The notes below the pieces were generated by a model. It was not told the DNA's origin, searched no databases, and worked only from the letters and a program-made list of their open reading frames with translations. Both the position numbers and the translations under genes were made by a program. From assembly GCF_009914755.1 (NCBI RefSeq), contig NC_060933.1: a stretch of 64,000 nt of DNA, one strand, 5' to 3'. The stretch is from the human T2T-CHM13v2.0 reference genome, Homo sapiens. Within the stretch, counting starts at the first letter, position 1. Each line of letters begins with the position of its first letter. This document shows positions 44,884 to 58,490 of the stretch, piece by piece.

Positions 44884-45186
44884 GCTGGGCATGGTAACTC
44901 ACGCCTGTAATCCAAGCACTTTGGGAGACTGAGGCAGGAGGATCACTTCACACCAGGAGTTCGAGACAGCTTGGGCAACATAGAGAGACCCCATCACTAC
45001 AAAACATAAAGGAAGTAAAAATTAGGTATGATGGTACATGGCTGTAGTCCCAGCCACTCAGGAGGTTGAGGCAGTAGAATCGCTTGAGTTAATGAGTTAG
45101 AGGTTATAGTGAGCTGTAATCCTGCCACTACACACCAGCCTGGGTGACAGTGCAAGACCCAAACTCAAAAACAAAAACAAAAAAAA
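44884..45186 (+). mobile_element. AluJ
   Basis: Diverged full dimer with an (AAAAAC)n tail. Confidence 0.88.
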
Positions 45187-46459
45187 TCTATAGTTTAAAA
45201 AAAAGTTCCAAGATTTCTGTGTACAAAATTCCTTCCCGTTTTTAACTAGCATAATAAGGAAAGTTAAAGTATCATCATCCACTTACCCACATACACTTAT
45301 TCACATATTTTAAAAAGAATCTTTGAATGGAACTATTCATATCATAATAGCTAACATTTCCCATGTGTCAAGCACTGTTCTAAATCCATTACATGTATCA
45401 GATCATGTAAATGTACAATTAAAGTAGTATCACAACCAGCAATATGACATTAGGATGTTGTAGAGTGCATCAAACACTTTTTGAAAGGGGTGAGGTGTAA
45501 AGAAGTCAAACAATTGCTATAAAAAAGAATGCTTTGGGCAATATTTGAAAATTCTCTTTAGTGCAGGTTATTGACAATCCTAGACCACCAGCATAAAGCA
45601 CACATATCTAATTTAGGAAAATCCCAGCCGGGATGTATTTGAAAACATTTGGAAGTGTGCTGATAATTACACTACTATTGATTTTAGCAAGTTTGATGCC
45701 AGCAGCCATCAACTCTTCTATGCCATAAGAGATGAAAGCCATTTTTATATAAAATGTTAGAGTTCGGCTGGAAAAGGGAGGCAGGCAGAGAAAAATTTCG
45801 TGGCTTTTTAGTTACTTTTATAGGCAGTATTAGTTTCATTCTTGTGACAGAATGCTTTACTTGGCAGTCATTCTCATCGACATTTTAAGGAGCTGCTGTT
45901 TTGTGCCTGGGTCTCATATGGCACTAATAAGGTGCATTTTTTTCTGTAGCATGTACTGATGTCTGTGTGGGCTCAGGCCTGCCATTGTTTCCATTCATCT
46001 TGTATTGGAGGAGGCTGACAGCAGCGTGTATCGAGTCTAGCCAACATATATTTCCTTCTGGAAATATATGTTCAGGGTCTGTGCCCACAGAAGAGTTAAA
46101 CTCAAGCTTTTAATCTCCAACACTTAGAAAAAGGCCTGGCCACATGCAGCCTCAATAAGTATTTGTTGAATGAATTAAATGAATGAATCCCACAAATGGC
46201 ATTTATTTTATAAACTCATACCTGGCTATTGCATTAAAAATTTTTTTTTCGCTATTCAGGTTTTTATTTATTTTGTTTTTTTTTTTTAACGTTAGAGGTT
46301 TTCATCAAAGTATATTTGGTAGAGTTTTCCTGTTTTTTTTTTGGGGGGGGGGGGCAGGGCGATTATCTCTTATCTTTTCTATAAAGAGAGCTTGGATTCC
46401 TAAAGACCTTATACTGGTCCCAACTGTACCACCTAATCATGTGTCCCTTGAGTTTGTCA

Positions 46460-47280
46460 CGTGACCTTTGCTTTCCTCTGAAAATCCTTTTACTCAGTAG
46501 GCCAATTAAACCCATTTATAATAATTAATAAAATCAATATGTTTGACTTCAAGTTTTTCCCTTAGTTTTATGATTTTTTAAAAGTATTATCCTTTTTTGG
46601 CATTTAGGAAGGCATCTATTTTTGTTTTAATGGTTACTTTGATGTAATACTTTTTTTTTCTGCTCTTGTGTATTGATTCCCGCTGTGAGTGATAAATCAG
46701 TCATTTACCTTTTCTTCCCCCTCCTCTCTTTATTTTCCATCATATAACTTGAAATATTATCCTTTTTTTTTTTTTTTACTTCCTGTAAATACCTGTAAGA
46801 CAGTCGGCCGGAGGATTGTATTTTCAATATAATCTCCTCATTATTCCCTTCTTGATGGTTGGACTGTGTCTACAATGTCAGAGCATATAGGCATTACATA
46901 CTATGCTGTACCCTTTATAAAATCACTTAAGTTTTAATTCTGCGGTTTATATTTAATGTTCATCATCTGCTTTTAGATTGATGTCTTTTCAGTCAATTCT
47001 GAAGCTTGTTTTCTAGTAGAATTCTCAGGAAGAGCTTAGAACAGCTATAGTCCCGGTTTTTTGCATGTTTTAAGTTTGTGCTGTTTATACCTGAAGGTCA
47101 TGTCAGCTAAATAAGAAATCCTTGGTTCATATTTTTTAATTTAATTATCTAAAGTCTGTTACTCCATTGTCATCCTACATAAAGTCTCATGCTGGTCTCA
47201 TTTCTTTCCCTTGGGGAGTGACCTGGTCATTTTTCCTGGACACCCAGATTTTTTCTATACATTCCAATAATTTTAGTTTA
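46460..47280 (-). mobile_element. Old L1M/HAL1-like fragment
   Basis: T-rich antisense LINE-like sequence (cctgaagg...taagaaatccttggttca...ctccattgtc); tentative. Confidence 0.4.
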
Positions 47281-47490
47281 ATATGTCTCATTGTGGGTTA
47301 CTTTTCCTGGTTGTCACTTGGCTTTTGAGCTTTATTTTCCTTGTCTGTAAAATGAGAATAACTTTTTTGTTTTGCTTGCTCACAGTAGATATGAAGCCAA
47401 ATAAGGTATTATATATGAAGTGCTTTAAATGTATTATTTTACTATCTTGTTATCCTTTAAAGTTTCTTGTTATTAGGAACTTTGAAATTT

Positions 47491-47850
47491 AGACAGCCTG
47501 AGCAACATGGCAAAACCTTATCTCTACCAAATACAAAAATTGTCTGGTCATGGTGGCTCACGCCTGTAATCCCAGTACTTTGGGAGGCCAGGGTGGATGG
47601 ATGGCTTGAGTCTAGGAGTTCAAGACTAGCCTGGGCAACATAGCGAGATCCCATCTCTAGAAAAAAAAAAGAACACAAAAATTAGCTGGACGTGGTGGTA
47701 CATGTCTGTGGTCCCAGCTCCTCCAGGGCTGAGGTGGAGTGTCCCTTGAGCCTGGGAGGCGAATGTTGCTATAAGCCTAGATCGTGCCACTGCCTTCCAG
47801 CCTGGGTGACAGAGCAAGACCCTGTTTCAAAAAAAAAAAAGAGAAAAGAA
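47491..47850 (+). mobile_element. AluJ preceded by a partial extra left arm
   Basis: agacagcctgagcaacatggcaaaacc...tacaaaaatt followed by a complete dimer. Confidence 0.85.
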
Positions 47851-49200
47851 ACTTAAGAGTACTTCATTTTATGAGTGTATGGACTTGAGTTGATGTTCTG
47901 TCTGTGAAAAGTAAATAGTGGCTACCCAGTGAGTCTTCTATGTCCCGACAGTAAATAACCTTTCCCTGATTCCATGTGGTAAGCAGGATCTCTGCATCTA
48001 CTCATGGAGGACTACTACTGGATTGAAGGAAGTGGCGCTTTCTGAAGTACCTCATCTAGAAAACTCCATTTCCATTTATCTTCTCACACTCTTGCCTGTC
48101 ATGTTAGTTCCCCACTCAGAACTCTGGGTTTACATGATTTCAGTTTATATGTGCATAGAGAAACACTGGAAAAAATTAAAGTAGTCTATTTTTCAGATAA
48201 TGAGGATTGCTGAAAACCTAAGTCAGCCTGAACAACCAGTACATTTTCTTGAATTTATTGTACATAAGTCCCCCACGTAAGAGGCTGCTGGAAAATACCA
48301 AAGAGACATGAGAAATGTCATTTCTGGCCATGGGGAGATCAAACACACAGCATATCAAAGATCACTTACAAAGCATCCTGTGATAAATAAATCCACAGCA
48401 GCATAACACAAACTAAAGACATGAGTATATGATGCATTTTTACCCGAGGCTACCCTGGGCTAGAGTTTCCATGCCTGGTCTTTGTTTTGATAAAGCAACA
48501 CTTTACACATGTAGGCTGGAAATTATGGTGGGAAATTGGATAATTGAATTAACTGAGTCCATTTTAGTGCTTTTACCTGGTTTGTAAGCACAGATAGGGG
48601 TTTGACTGATGTATATGTAAATAGTGTTAGTGTCTTTATTTGAATATATGCTTTTAAAAATTCATCTATGTTTTGCAAGTAAAGCTGGAACCTATTATAG
48701 AAGTCCTGCTGACACCTGTGAATCAAGACGATTTGGAAACCCAAGGCCAGAAATGTAATACTGTTGATTATTCTGTGCATAACACATTTCTTATTAAATT
48801 CTATATTTATTCAAACAATTTACAATTTTTATTTGATGTTCACAACGTACAAAACCCTGAGTCAGGAGTAGAGAATACTGAGATGAATAGAATAGTTTAT
48901 AGTTAGAAGTAGAAAACTATATAGGATAGGAGAATTTATAGATAGATGTAGAAAACTATTATAGGATAGAAGACAATTGAATCACACCTGTATCAGAGGT
49001 GCAGGGAAGTGCAGGAGGTATCGGAACAGTTTGGATCTCTATAAGGGAAGTCATCACTTTGGGTATTTTCATTGTCCATAAGCCCTCCTTCAGGCTGATA
49101 GCAGGATACAAATACCTGTGCAGTTTCATTCAACTCTTGTTATTTTGTATAATCGAGGATACCATAATTTGTATTCTCAAAATCCAGATTGCCTTCATGA

Positions 49201-49509
<309 letters not shown>

Positions 49510-49602
49510 TAAACCTTTGGTTTTAAGGCAAAATAAAATGTTTCAGAATTGGGGATGGTAACTTTAAGTTCTAGAGTTATTCAAAGTTTCCTTCTCTTGT
49601 GA

Positions 49603-49900
49603 TTTTTTTTTTTTTTTTTTTTGAAACGTATTCTCTATCGCCCAGGCTGGAGTGCAGTGGCGCGATCTTGGCCCACTGCAACGTCAGCCTCCCGGGTTCA
49701 AGCCATTCTCCCTGCCTCAGCCTCCTGAGTAGCTGAGATTACAGGCACCCACCACCACGCCTGGCTAATTTTTGTTTTTTAGTAGAAATGGGGTTTCATC
49801 ATGTTGACCAGGCTGGTGCTGAACTCCTGACCTCAGGTAATCTACCCACTTTGGCCTCCCAAAGTGCTGGGATTACAGGTGTGAGCCACCGCGCCAGGCC
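49603..49900 (-). mobile_element. AluSx-like
   Basis: TSD ttgtgattttt. Confidence 0.92.
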
Positions 49901-49978
49901 CTTTTGTGATTTTTGAATGTTAGGTTGTCATTCAGATAGCATCCCACACGTTTCCAGCACCACAGATATAGCATGACC

Positions 49979-50258
49979 TTTTTTTATTGAGATGGGGTCT
50001 CATTCTGTCACCCAGGCTTAAGTCCAATGGCATGATTATGGCTCACTGTAAGCTCAAACTTTTGGATTCAAGTGATCCTCCTGCCTCAGCCTCCTGAGTA
50101 GCTGAGACTACAGGTGTGTACCACCATGTCAGCTTTTTTTTTTTTTAAAAGAGACAGGGTCTCTATGTTGCTGGTCTTGAACTACTGGCCACAAGCAATC
50201 CTTGTGCTTCAGCCACCCAAAGTGCTAGGATTACAGGCATGAGCCACCACTCCCGACC
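49979..50258 (-). mobile_element. AluJ
   Basis: Diverged antisense dimer. Confidence 0.85.
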
Positions 50259-50593
50259 CTGGCATTTTCTTAGATAAGGTAACAGTAGTCATTTTATGTG
50301 GCCTCACTTGTAACTACAAGTCACATAGCTCATGCTATTAATTTATAATTATATATAATTATATATATAATTTATGTATATATAAAATGTGGCAATTTTC
50401 TACCATTAATTTGGTGTCCAAGAGGAGAAAAAGCTATGAAGGGCATGAGACATTAAACAGGAATGGCAGAAAGAATCCAGGAGAAAAGCAGAATGTACCT
50501 CTGGATCCTATTCGTATACAAGTGGGTTTCTGTTTTTTTTTCTCCCTAACCATCACACATACATAAGCTTTAGTTTTCAGTGTCAAAGCTATA

Positions 50594-50899
50594 CAGTCAC
50601 ACATCACTTAATTATGGGGAAATGCTTCATGTGGTGATTTCATCATGGTGAGAACATCATAGAGTATACTTAGACAAACCTAGATGGTAGAGCCTATTGC
50701 TCCTACACTTCAAATTTGTACAACATGTTACTGTACTGAATACTGCAAGCAATTGTAACACATTGGTAATTATTAATGTATCTAAACCTGTCTAAACATA
50801 GAAAAGGGACAGTAAAAATACAGTATTATATTCTTATGGGACCACCGTTGTGTATGTGACCCATCGTTGACTGAAATGTCGTTATGCAGCGTGTGGCTC
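50594..50899. mobile_element. Tigger3a-like (TcMar) DNA transposon
   Basis: ta|cagtcac...gaacatcatagagt..acaaacctagatggta...cttatgggaccaccg...gttgactgaaatgtcgttatgc. Confidence 0.8.
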
Positions 50900-50994
50900 T
50901 ACCTTCAACATTTACTCCTGATGACAAAGGTAAAGATTGCTGAGTGCCCCCACAGACAGCAAAGATGGTGATTCTGAGTCTCGCTCTTAATGAC

Positions 50995-51700
50995 TTTCTT
51001 GAGTTATATGTCATGTATACGTTACATGCCAGGAAATTCATCCACAGACAGTTTGTTGAGTTTTAAGAAATGCTTATAGTTGTGTACCTGATACGACAGT
51101 CCAGTTTTAGAACATTTCCATCACCCAGAAAGTTCCTTGTATCCATTTGTAGTCAATCCCCATTCCTCCTCCTAGCCCCAGGCAAGTACTAGTCTGCTTT
51201 CTGGTTTATAGTTTACCTTTTCTAGAAATTTCATGTGATTGAATCATACACTACTCAGTCTTTTGGATCTGCTTCTTTCATTGTAAAGTTTGAGCTCCAG
51301 TGGTGTTGCATGTATCACTAGTTCCTTTTTATTTTAAAGTAGTTTTGCATTGTATGGATATACTACATTTTGTTGATCCACTTACTGGTTATGAGATGTT
51401 TGGAATGTTTTTTGCAGTTTTTGGCTATTATGAATAACGCATCTGTGGACACTGGTATAACTGTCTTTGTGTAGACATATGTTTTCATTTCTCTTGGGTG
51501 GGTACCTAGGCATTGAATGGCTTGGCTATATGGCAGGTATATGTTTAACTTTTTAAGAAGTTGCTAGACTGTTTTCCAAAGTACCTGTACCATTTTACAT
51601 TTCCACCAGCAGTGTTTAAGGTTTTTAGTTTCTCTGCCTCCTTGTCAGCTCCTGGTATTGTCAGACTTCTTTATTTTAGCCACTCCGGTGGGTGTTCAAA
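50995..51700 (-). mobile_element. L1MB-type 3' fragment
   Basis: agaacatttccatcaccc...ctagccccaggcaa...ctgttttccaaagt...tttccaccagcagtg. Confidence 0.85.
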
Positions 51701-52440
51701 CGTGCTTTTTTATACTTAACATTTTATTTCTTGAGAGGATTTGAAAGTGTCTAGATACCTTAATGCTGCTCGTGTCTTCCATTTTACAGACCAGAAGGCA
51801 TTGGCCCAGTAAATGGGAATCTAAATGTCTCACCCGAGATTCCCAAATGAGTCACTGAGCCTAGAATCTTCATGCGTCAGTTGGAGTTGTAGCAACCTGC
51901 TTTTGTTCTGTCAACTATTGTGACTCAGAATCCTCTCTGTCCTTGTAGCATTGTTAGGTGTGCCTTTCTTTTTATCCTTTCAAAATCATCTGTTCTTATC
52001 CTCTCTGGAATTGTGTCTGATGACATGCAGCTTGTTTTCTGCAGAAGAATGCTAGTGTTGTGGAGAGCTTCTCTCTGCCTCTTGGCTGCAGCACACAGGC
52101 GCTGGGTGGTCAGACCTGCTTCCGAGGCTGGCTCCACAGTGACTGTGCAACCGCATGTCATCCTGTGAAAGGGCAGATACGTGCCTCGTCAGAGCCTTGT
52201 GGGAGTTAGTGAGGGGACTTCTCTAAGGCAGCTAGTACTCACTCAATACTTAATGCATCTTAAGGCACCTCTTCACAGAAGGCGGTGGAAGGCTGCTTAC
52301 GTGATGGCATGTGGATAGCGATGCCATCCGTTTGTTTTTTTCTCCTCCATGACAGAGAAGCAGGAAAACATTCCTAAATTTATTTATAGACGTTAAAAAA
52401 AAATCAGGCTTGGTTTTTTCCTGTAACTGTTCTTCAGCCG

Positions 52441-52530
52441 GCAGCAAGTATAGCAGCAAGTATACAGCAGCAAGTATACAGCAGCAAGTATACAGCAGCA
52501 AGTACAGCAGCAGCAAGTACAGCAGCAGTA
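52441..52530 (+). repeat. Minisatellite, ~14-bp unit cagcagcaagtata, ~6.5 copies
   Basis: Read directly from the sequence; unit length varies from 12 to 15. Confidence 0.92.
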
Positions 52531-53994
52531 CTTTATGAGTTGTTGTGTTTATTCCCTGCCTTTTGGCTTTACTCAAGAAAACCAGTTGTGTTTCTCAGAG
52601 CAACTGTATTGTTTTATTTGCCACTCTCTTCACTTTGTCCATTATAGTACAATAGATTGTCCTTGTCCCATCTCCAAATTGGAAGCTCCCTAGGTGGTGG
52701 TCAGGCTGTTGATGAGATTTGTATTCTATCAAAGCTCCATTTTAGATAATCTATCATCATTTTTTATACGCAGTAAGTCGCTGATTTTGTTTCTTTTTTT
52801 CAAACAGTTTTGATTTGAAGTTCCTTTAAAGGCTGTTGGAGCTTTTGCAAATACCCAGCTAATGAAAGGCACTTAAGATTGGGCCCATCTGCATCATCAC
52901 ATTGAAGTTTTCTGTCTAAAGGAAGGTTCCAGCTACCTGTTACCCTTTTGCTAAACACAGTTGCAGTGTTGCAGTGTATTTCATGACAAAAGTGCACTCT
53001 AGTTTTCTGTGAAATGATTATTTTCTCTGAAATGATTCTTGGTCATGTTGAGCTTCTAAATGTTAAAGAGAACATAGTGCTTTTGACCTGTGGAAATCTC
53101 ATCTTGGTACCATGGTGCTGCACAGACCATCAGGAAGAACTGAAAAGTTCAGGCAACTTGAGAAAATAAAGTCACCACCAGCAAGAAGCTGTCTAAAATA
53201 ACCGGAAGATTATAACCCAAGCACGTGGAGGAGTGTGCTAGTGAGTAGAATGTTATGAAAGCTACTAGAGGTCCTCCATAGATGCATGTGCTAGTCCTAA
53301 GGAGAAGGAAGAGGAGAAGGATTGCCACGGAGGAACACCTGAAGTTTCAGTTGAGCACTTTGTTTGGAAAGTTGTCCAAGGCTGGAGTTGTGAGAGCTGG
53401 GAAAGACCTCACAAGCTTCTCTAATTCAAGTCCTTGTTTCACATATGAGAATGCAGAGGCCCTGAGAAGTTGATTCCCAGGCCTGCATGCTGGCCTGGAA
53501 CTAGAGCCTGGGTCTCCTCTTGCTTTTTCCAGCTGTCTGCCCAGGTAGCTCCCCAAGGCAGGCATGGAGGCAGAGCTGCTTTGGGTTCCAGGTAAGGAGA
53601 GATGTGTCCAGGTGGCCTTTGTTGTATTGTGGGGCACAGACACTGAGGGAGACAGGGAAAGGTCTGGGAGACACAAGATGGTACCCCAGAAGGCCATCCT
53701 TTGTAGACTAGACACACATCCAAAGGGAGGGCTGTTTCCTGGCTTATTGAGGACTTTTCCATTTGGGCTAGAAGTAAACTGAGTCAGATTTTGAGAGATC
53801 AGTAATTCCAAAGAGCAGATAAGGATTCTATAGTAACACAGCTGGGTTCACTGCACGGGTTGATGTCAAATTGTGCTTTTCATGTTACATTAGTGGATTT
53901 TACAAGGCACAGATTATTTGACATTTTTGTGATGCTTGTTATAGACCAACTGTGACATGACAGTATTATTTAAAAAAAAAAAAAGAAATATAGG

Positions 53995-54303
53995 GCCAGG
54001 CATGATGGCTCACGCCTATAGTTTCAGCACTTTGGGAGGCTGAGGCAGGTGGATCGCTTGAGCTCAGGAGTTCAAGACCAACCTCGGCAACATGGTGAAA
54101 CCCCGTCTCTACTAAAAATGCAAAAATTAGCCAGGTGTGGTGGTGCATGGCTGTGGTCCCAGCTACTCAGGAGGCTGAGGTGGGAGGATTGCCTGAGCCT
54201 GGGAGGTGGAGGTTGCAGTTAAGCCGAGATTGCGCCACTGTACTCCAGCCTGGGCAACAGAGTGAGACCTTGTCTCAAAAAAAAAAAAAAAAAAAAAAAA
54301 AAA
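53995..54303 (+). mobile_element. Alu (J/S) with a long pure A tail
   Basis: Full dimer. Confidence 0.92.
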
Positions 54304-55659
54304 GACATAAGCATGACCAGATAAATTGACATTTTGTTTTGAAATGCAGTAATGGCACTCTCACAAATGACCTTTTCACCAGTCTGTGCTGGTATTTGTA
54401 AATATATATGTTAGTATTGTTTTCTAAAATGCAAAGCTGATTTTCATGTTTATATATATTCATACCTTGATATATTGCAATTTTAGAGTTTCTGCAGTCT
54501 GTCTAACTTGGCTGTTTGTTCATAGGCCAGATCAAACTACCCTCATTCCCCAAAACTTGGATTGTGAAGGGATTAGTGCCCCAGAACTCTCTGTGTTACT
54601 GGCAGGGCAAAATGGGTAGGAATAGTCTGGCTTAGGGAAAAAGACATATTTTCTCTCTAACACAACTGGCAGATACTGAAGTGGGCAGGTGGCAAGAAAA
54701 GGCAAGTACTGAGCTGATTCAGACTTGCAGAAAGCTTCCTCTCCTCCTTCTTAGCAAAATGAAAGGCTCTGGGAAAAGGCACCTGCCTTTCCCTGCCTTG
54801 AGGATCCTGGCATCCTTGAGTCTTTATTGAAGATTAATTTAATGACTTGGTCAACAATAGCATTACCTAATCACAGAGCATCAGATTATCATAAGACAAA
54901 TTTAAATGATGCCGAAGTATCTTCCAGCAGAGGATTAGTGATGTACCAGCATGCATGTGTAGCTTGTGTGGGTGTGTGTGCATACAAGCATGCACATGTG
55001 CGCACACACACAGAGAGTCTAATTGGCCTTTGTCCTCTGAGCAGGGGGCAGGTTTGGGCTGGGGCCTGCTGTGTGACCACAGTCTCCCATCTTGGATTGA
55101 AGCTACATCGCTGTGTGCATCTAACTCTTGATTCACGGTCTGACCGACGCCTTGGTTTCTGGAGAACTGCCCTCGTTTATGGAAGAGTCACTGTCATCAG
55201 GAGCCATCCCAGGGAGAGGCTCAGTGGGAAGTGTAAAGGTGGAGCAAGTAAACCGGCTCCAGAAGAGAAGGCGAAGAAGGACTATTTCTGTTTAGATTTG
55301 CTTAACCGCATTTTCACTTTCTTGGGAACCCCTGATGGAGTTCAAGGTCATAGAAGAGAAGAAATCAGACACTGCTACAGGACTCTTGCTCTTGGTTCAG
55401 ATTATTCAATGGGAGGGGAGAAGAGAGTAGTCGCAAGTGATTGTTGTAGATTTTGTCTCAGCTTTTTGTTTTTCTTTGTATCAAACCTGTTTTGAGATCA
55501 TACACTGTTACAGAGAAAGAGAGGAGGCATATTATAAACGTGTGGACTTCAGTGTTATTCCTTCTCTTCAAAATGATGTTCCAGGTGTCTAGAGGGTGAG
55601 GTATGTCATTTACATGAAGGTTAAGAATAAAACAGAAAGTGCCTCTATGGTATTCTTAG

Positions 55660-56005
<346 letters not shown>

Positions 56006-58329
56006 TATTTTGTTTTTTTTTTTAAAGACAGTTCATTATTGTCTATCTTAATATGTTAGAAATCACTCAAAATAAAGCAGCTGTTTTAACAATAGCTCAG
56101 TAGAAATAGTTTGTTGAGAGTGTTTTACTTCCCAAGAAGTTTTTTGATGTAGTTTTCTTAGCAGGAAAAATGTTTGTCTGTTGTGGATGGAAACATTTCC
56201 CCCCTTGCCCAGAACATGTGTGGTTTCCATTAACTTATTTTTCCATAGAACTTTGGCCATGGCTGTAGCTGATGCTGTGGGTCACCTGTGCTATTAGGGT
56301 TAAATTGAGATCTTAAGGTACCTTTCTCCCCGCTATAGTCCGGAATGACATGGGTTTGTGATCAGACAAACTGATTGAAATCCCACCTTTTTGCCCCTCA
56401 CCGGCTTTTTCACGCTGGACCGACTCGCTTCTCTAAGTCTCAGTTTCCTCATCTGCAAAACAGACTTCACGGGAAAACATTTTGCACAGAGCTGCCCCTG
56501 CATCATGGGTCACAGACAGTAGTAATTAATGTTACTGGGGAATGGGCTTTTCCAGTACTGTTTTCAGACTTAAAGTCATTTGTTATCTGTGGTGTGTTAT
56601 GGGAACAGAAGATGTTCCTGAGAGCTGATAGGAGAGACCAGGAAGTGTAGCTGCAGGAAGAATGACGATGAGGGCACGTTTGGAACATCAGCGTGGCGGA
56701 TGTGGGCCAGCTGAAGTGTCCCCAGCATTAAGACTGGGAAAGCAGCCCAGTCACTTCTCTAGTGGGTCCCAGCCACAGGTGCAGAGGACGCCTGCCTCCC
56801 AGGCAGACCCAGGAAGCTGCCCCATGGGGCCACTCTGCCCTAGTCAAATACTGCCTCAGGTTCAGTTGGAAGTTTCCAGTCGGCTCCTCCAAAGGGAGTT
56901 TTAGTTGAAGTCACTAGAGCTGTTTTATTGATTTTGGTTGAGGTCTTTGTGAGCTCAATTTACAAAAAGTCTGGTTATCCACAAAAAAATGCTTGCTGGT
57001 GTCCTGAGCAACTGAAGAATTCCAGAAACCTTTCAACAACAAGTGTTGAGATCTCCCCTGACCCCCGCCTCCCAGCAACTACAGAGGTCTGAGTTTGCAG
57101 TAACTATTATTCTTGTGTGGAATTGGCTCTGGATCGTTAATAAGTTTCCCTGAGCGCTGACTAACAGAAACCCACTTAGTCACAGAAGAAATGGGTCCAG
57201 TGTTTGTCCCAGCTATGAGTAATGGGTTATGCATGATTTAAAAAGGCTTCTCAGAAAGGCCTTGCTTATGTAGTCAAGGATCAATATTTTTGAAAAGAAG
57301 TTTTTATAGGTAAGCCATAACATTACTTGATAATCAGACATCATTTTCAAGTAGTTAAAAGGGTCATTGGATAAAGCTCAGTGGACCGACACTGGCTTCC
57401 TAATTGCTAAGGGCTGAAACTCCACATGCCCTGTAAATTATGAGCATGCTTGAATTTTTTATGGGAAAAGAAATTATGGTTTTATGTCGGATAATTTTCA
57501 TGTCAAATGTTAGATCAGCCAGCCGGCTCTATCATCCAGGCAGGTTGTTGTTTTTCCCCACCTGATCCCTGCTTTTCCTTGAGAAGTTTATTTTAAATGG
57601 AGAGTCAGGAATGAGAGAGAACGTAGGATAGGAATGAATCATGAGAAAAATGCCACCAGTTGTTTTCCATAGTCCGTGTCCTTGTTGGAATATCCTTACC
57701 TTTGTCAACAGAGAGCAGCAGTTCATCCACAAGCTCGTGAGCAGCCACTGGCAGCACTGCCTCCATGAGGCCTCGGGAGCATTCTCATTGTTTTCTCCAG
57801 GCTGTGCTGTTCTTCCCCTCAGCCTTGAGAGTGACCAGGGATCTCCTAGGCCTAGGGAAACGCCACCTGGTCATTGGCCAGAGCCGTTTCTAGATATGGT
57901 ATCTGACCCCTGTGTGAGTACCGACTGCCCAAGAGCTGGCAGTAGTTTTGTACTCTGAGCCTGAGCGTGTGGCCCCACGTTCCATGAGGCCTTTGGCCGG
58001 TTTGTTTGCCAGAGTGTCTCTGAGAGGAGGGAGAATGTTGGTATGGAGAATAATTTTATTGCTTTCTTCTCAAAATAAAGGAAATACTCAAGGGAATGGT
58101 GGGAGGGGAGGGGATAAATATAGCGTTTCCGATTTCCTGCTTCCTCTACTCTTCCACAGCATTTCACTTTTCATACGGTTAGATTTTCATCCTATCGACT
58201 TCAGCTAAAAATAATTCCAACCATTTCTATCAGATTGGCCCTCTTATCATACTTGTTATTATTTTGCTTTCCTATTCAAAACCTTTTTTTCCCCTTAGGC
58301 CAATGAACTGTTTTACTTTATTAGCTTCA

Positions 58330-58490
58330 TATTTATTTATTTGTTATTGATGGATAATAGGTATACATAGTTTTAGGGTACATGTGATTTAGTACCATCA
58401 TATAATTTATAAAAATCAAATCATTATATTTGGGATCTCAATCAACTTAAATATTTGTCTTTTCTTTATGCTAGAACCATTCTCAATAGC
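58330..58490 (-). mobile_element. L1MA 3' end fragment
   Basis: gtatacatagttttagggtacatgtgattt...tttctttatgctagaaccattc. Confidence 0.7.

Noticed and set aside
47283-47492. Hydrophobic 69-aa ORF resembling a signal-peptide protein
   Set aside because: It is derived from T-rich MIR-like sequence (ctgtaaaatgagaataa core).
52441-52530. Regular short repeats as a CRISPR-like array
   Set aside because: There are no unique spacers; this is a eukaryotic minisatellite.
52896-52904. ATCACATTG, matching the 5' end of miR-23
   Set aside because: The match ends after 9 nt with no hairpin. I found no miR-23b/27b/24-1 precursor in the window; the cluster lies further 3'.
57855-57875. CTCF-like CCAGGTGGCG on the minus strand
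   Set aside because: It lacks the highly conserved upstream CC of the core motif.
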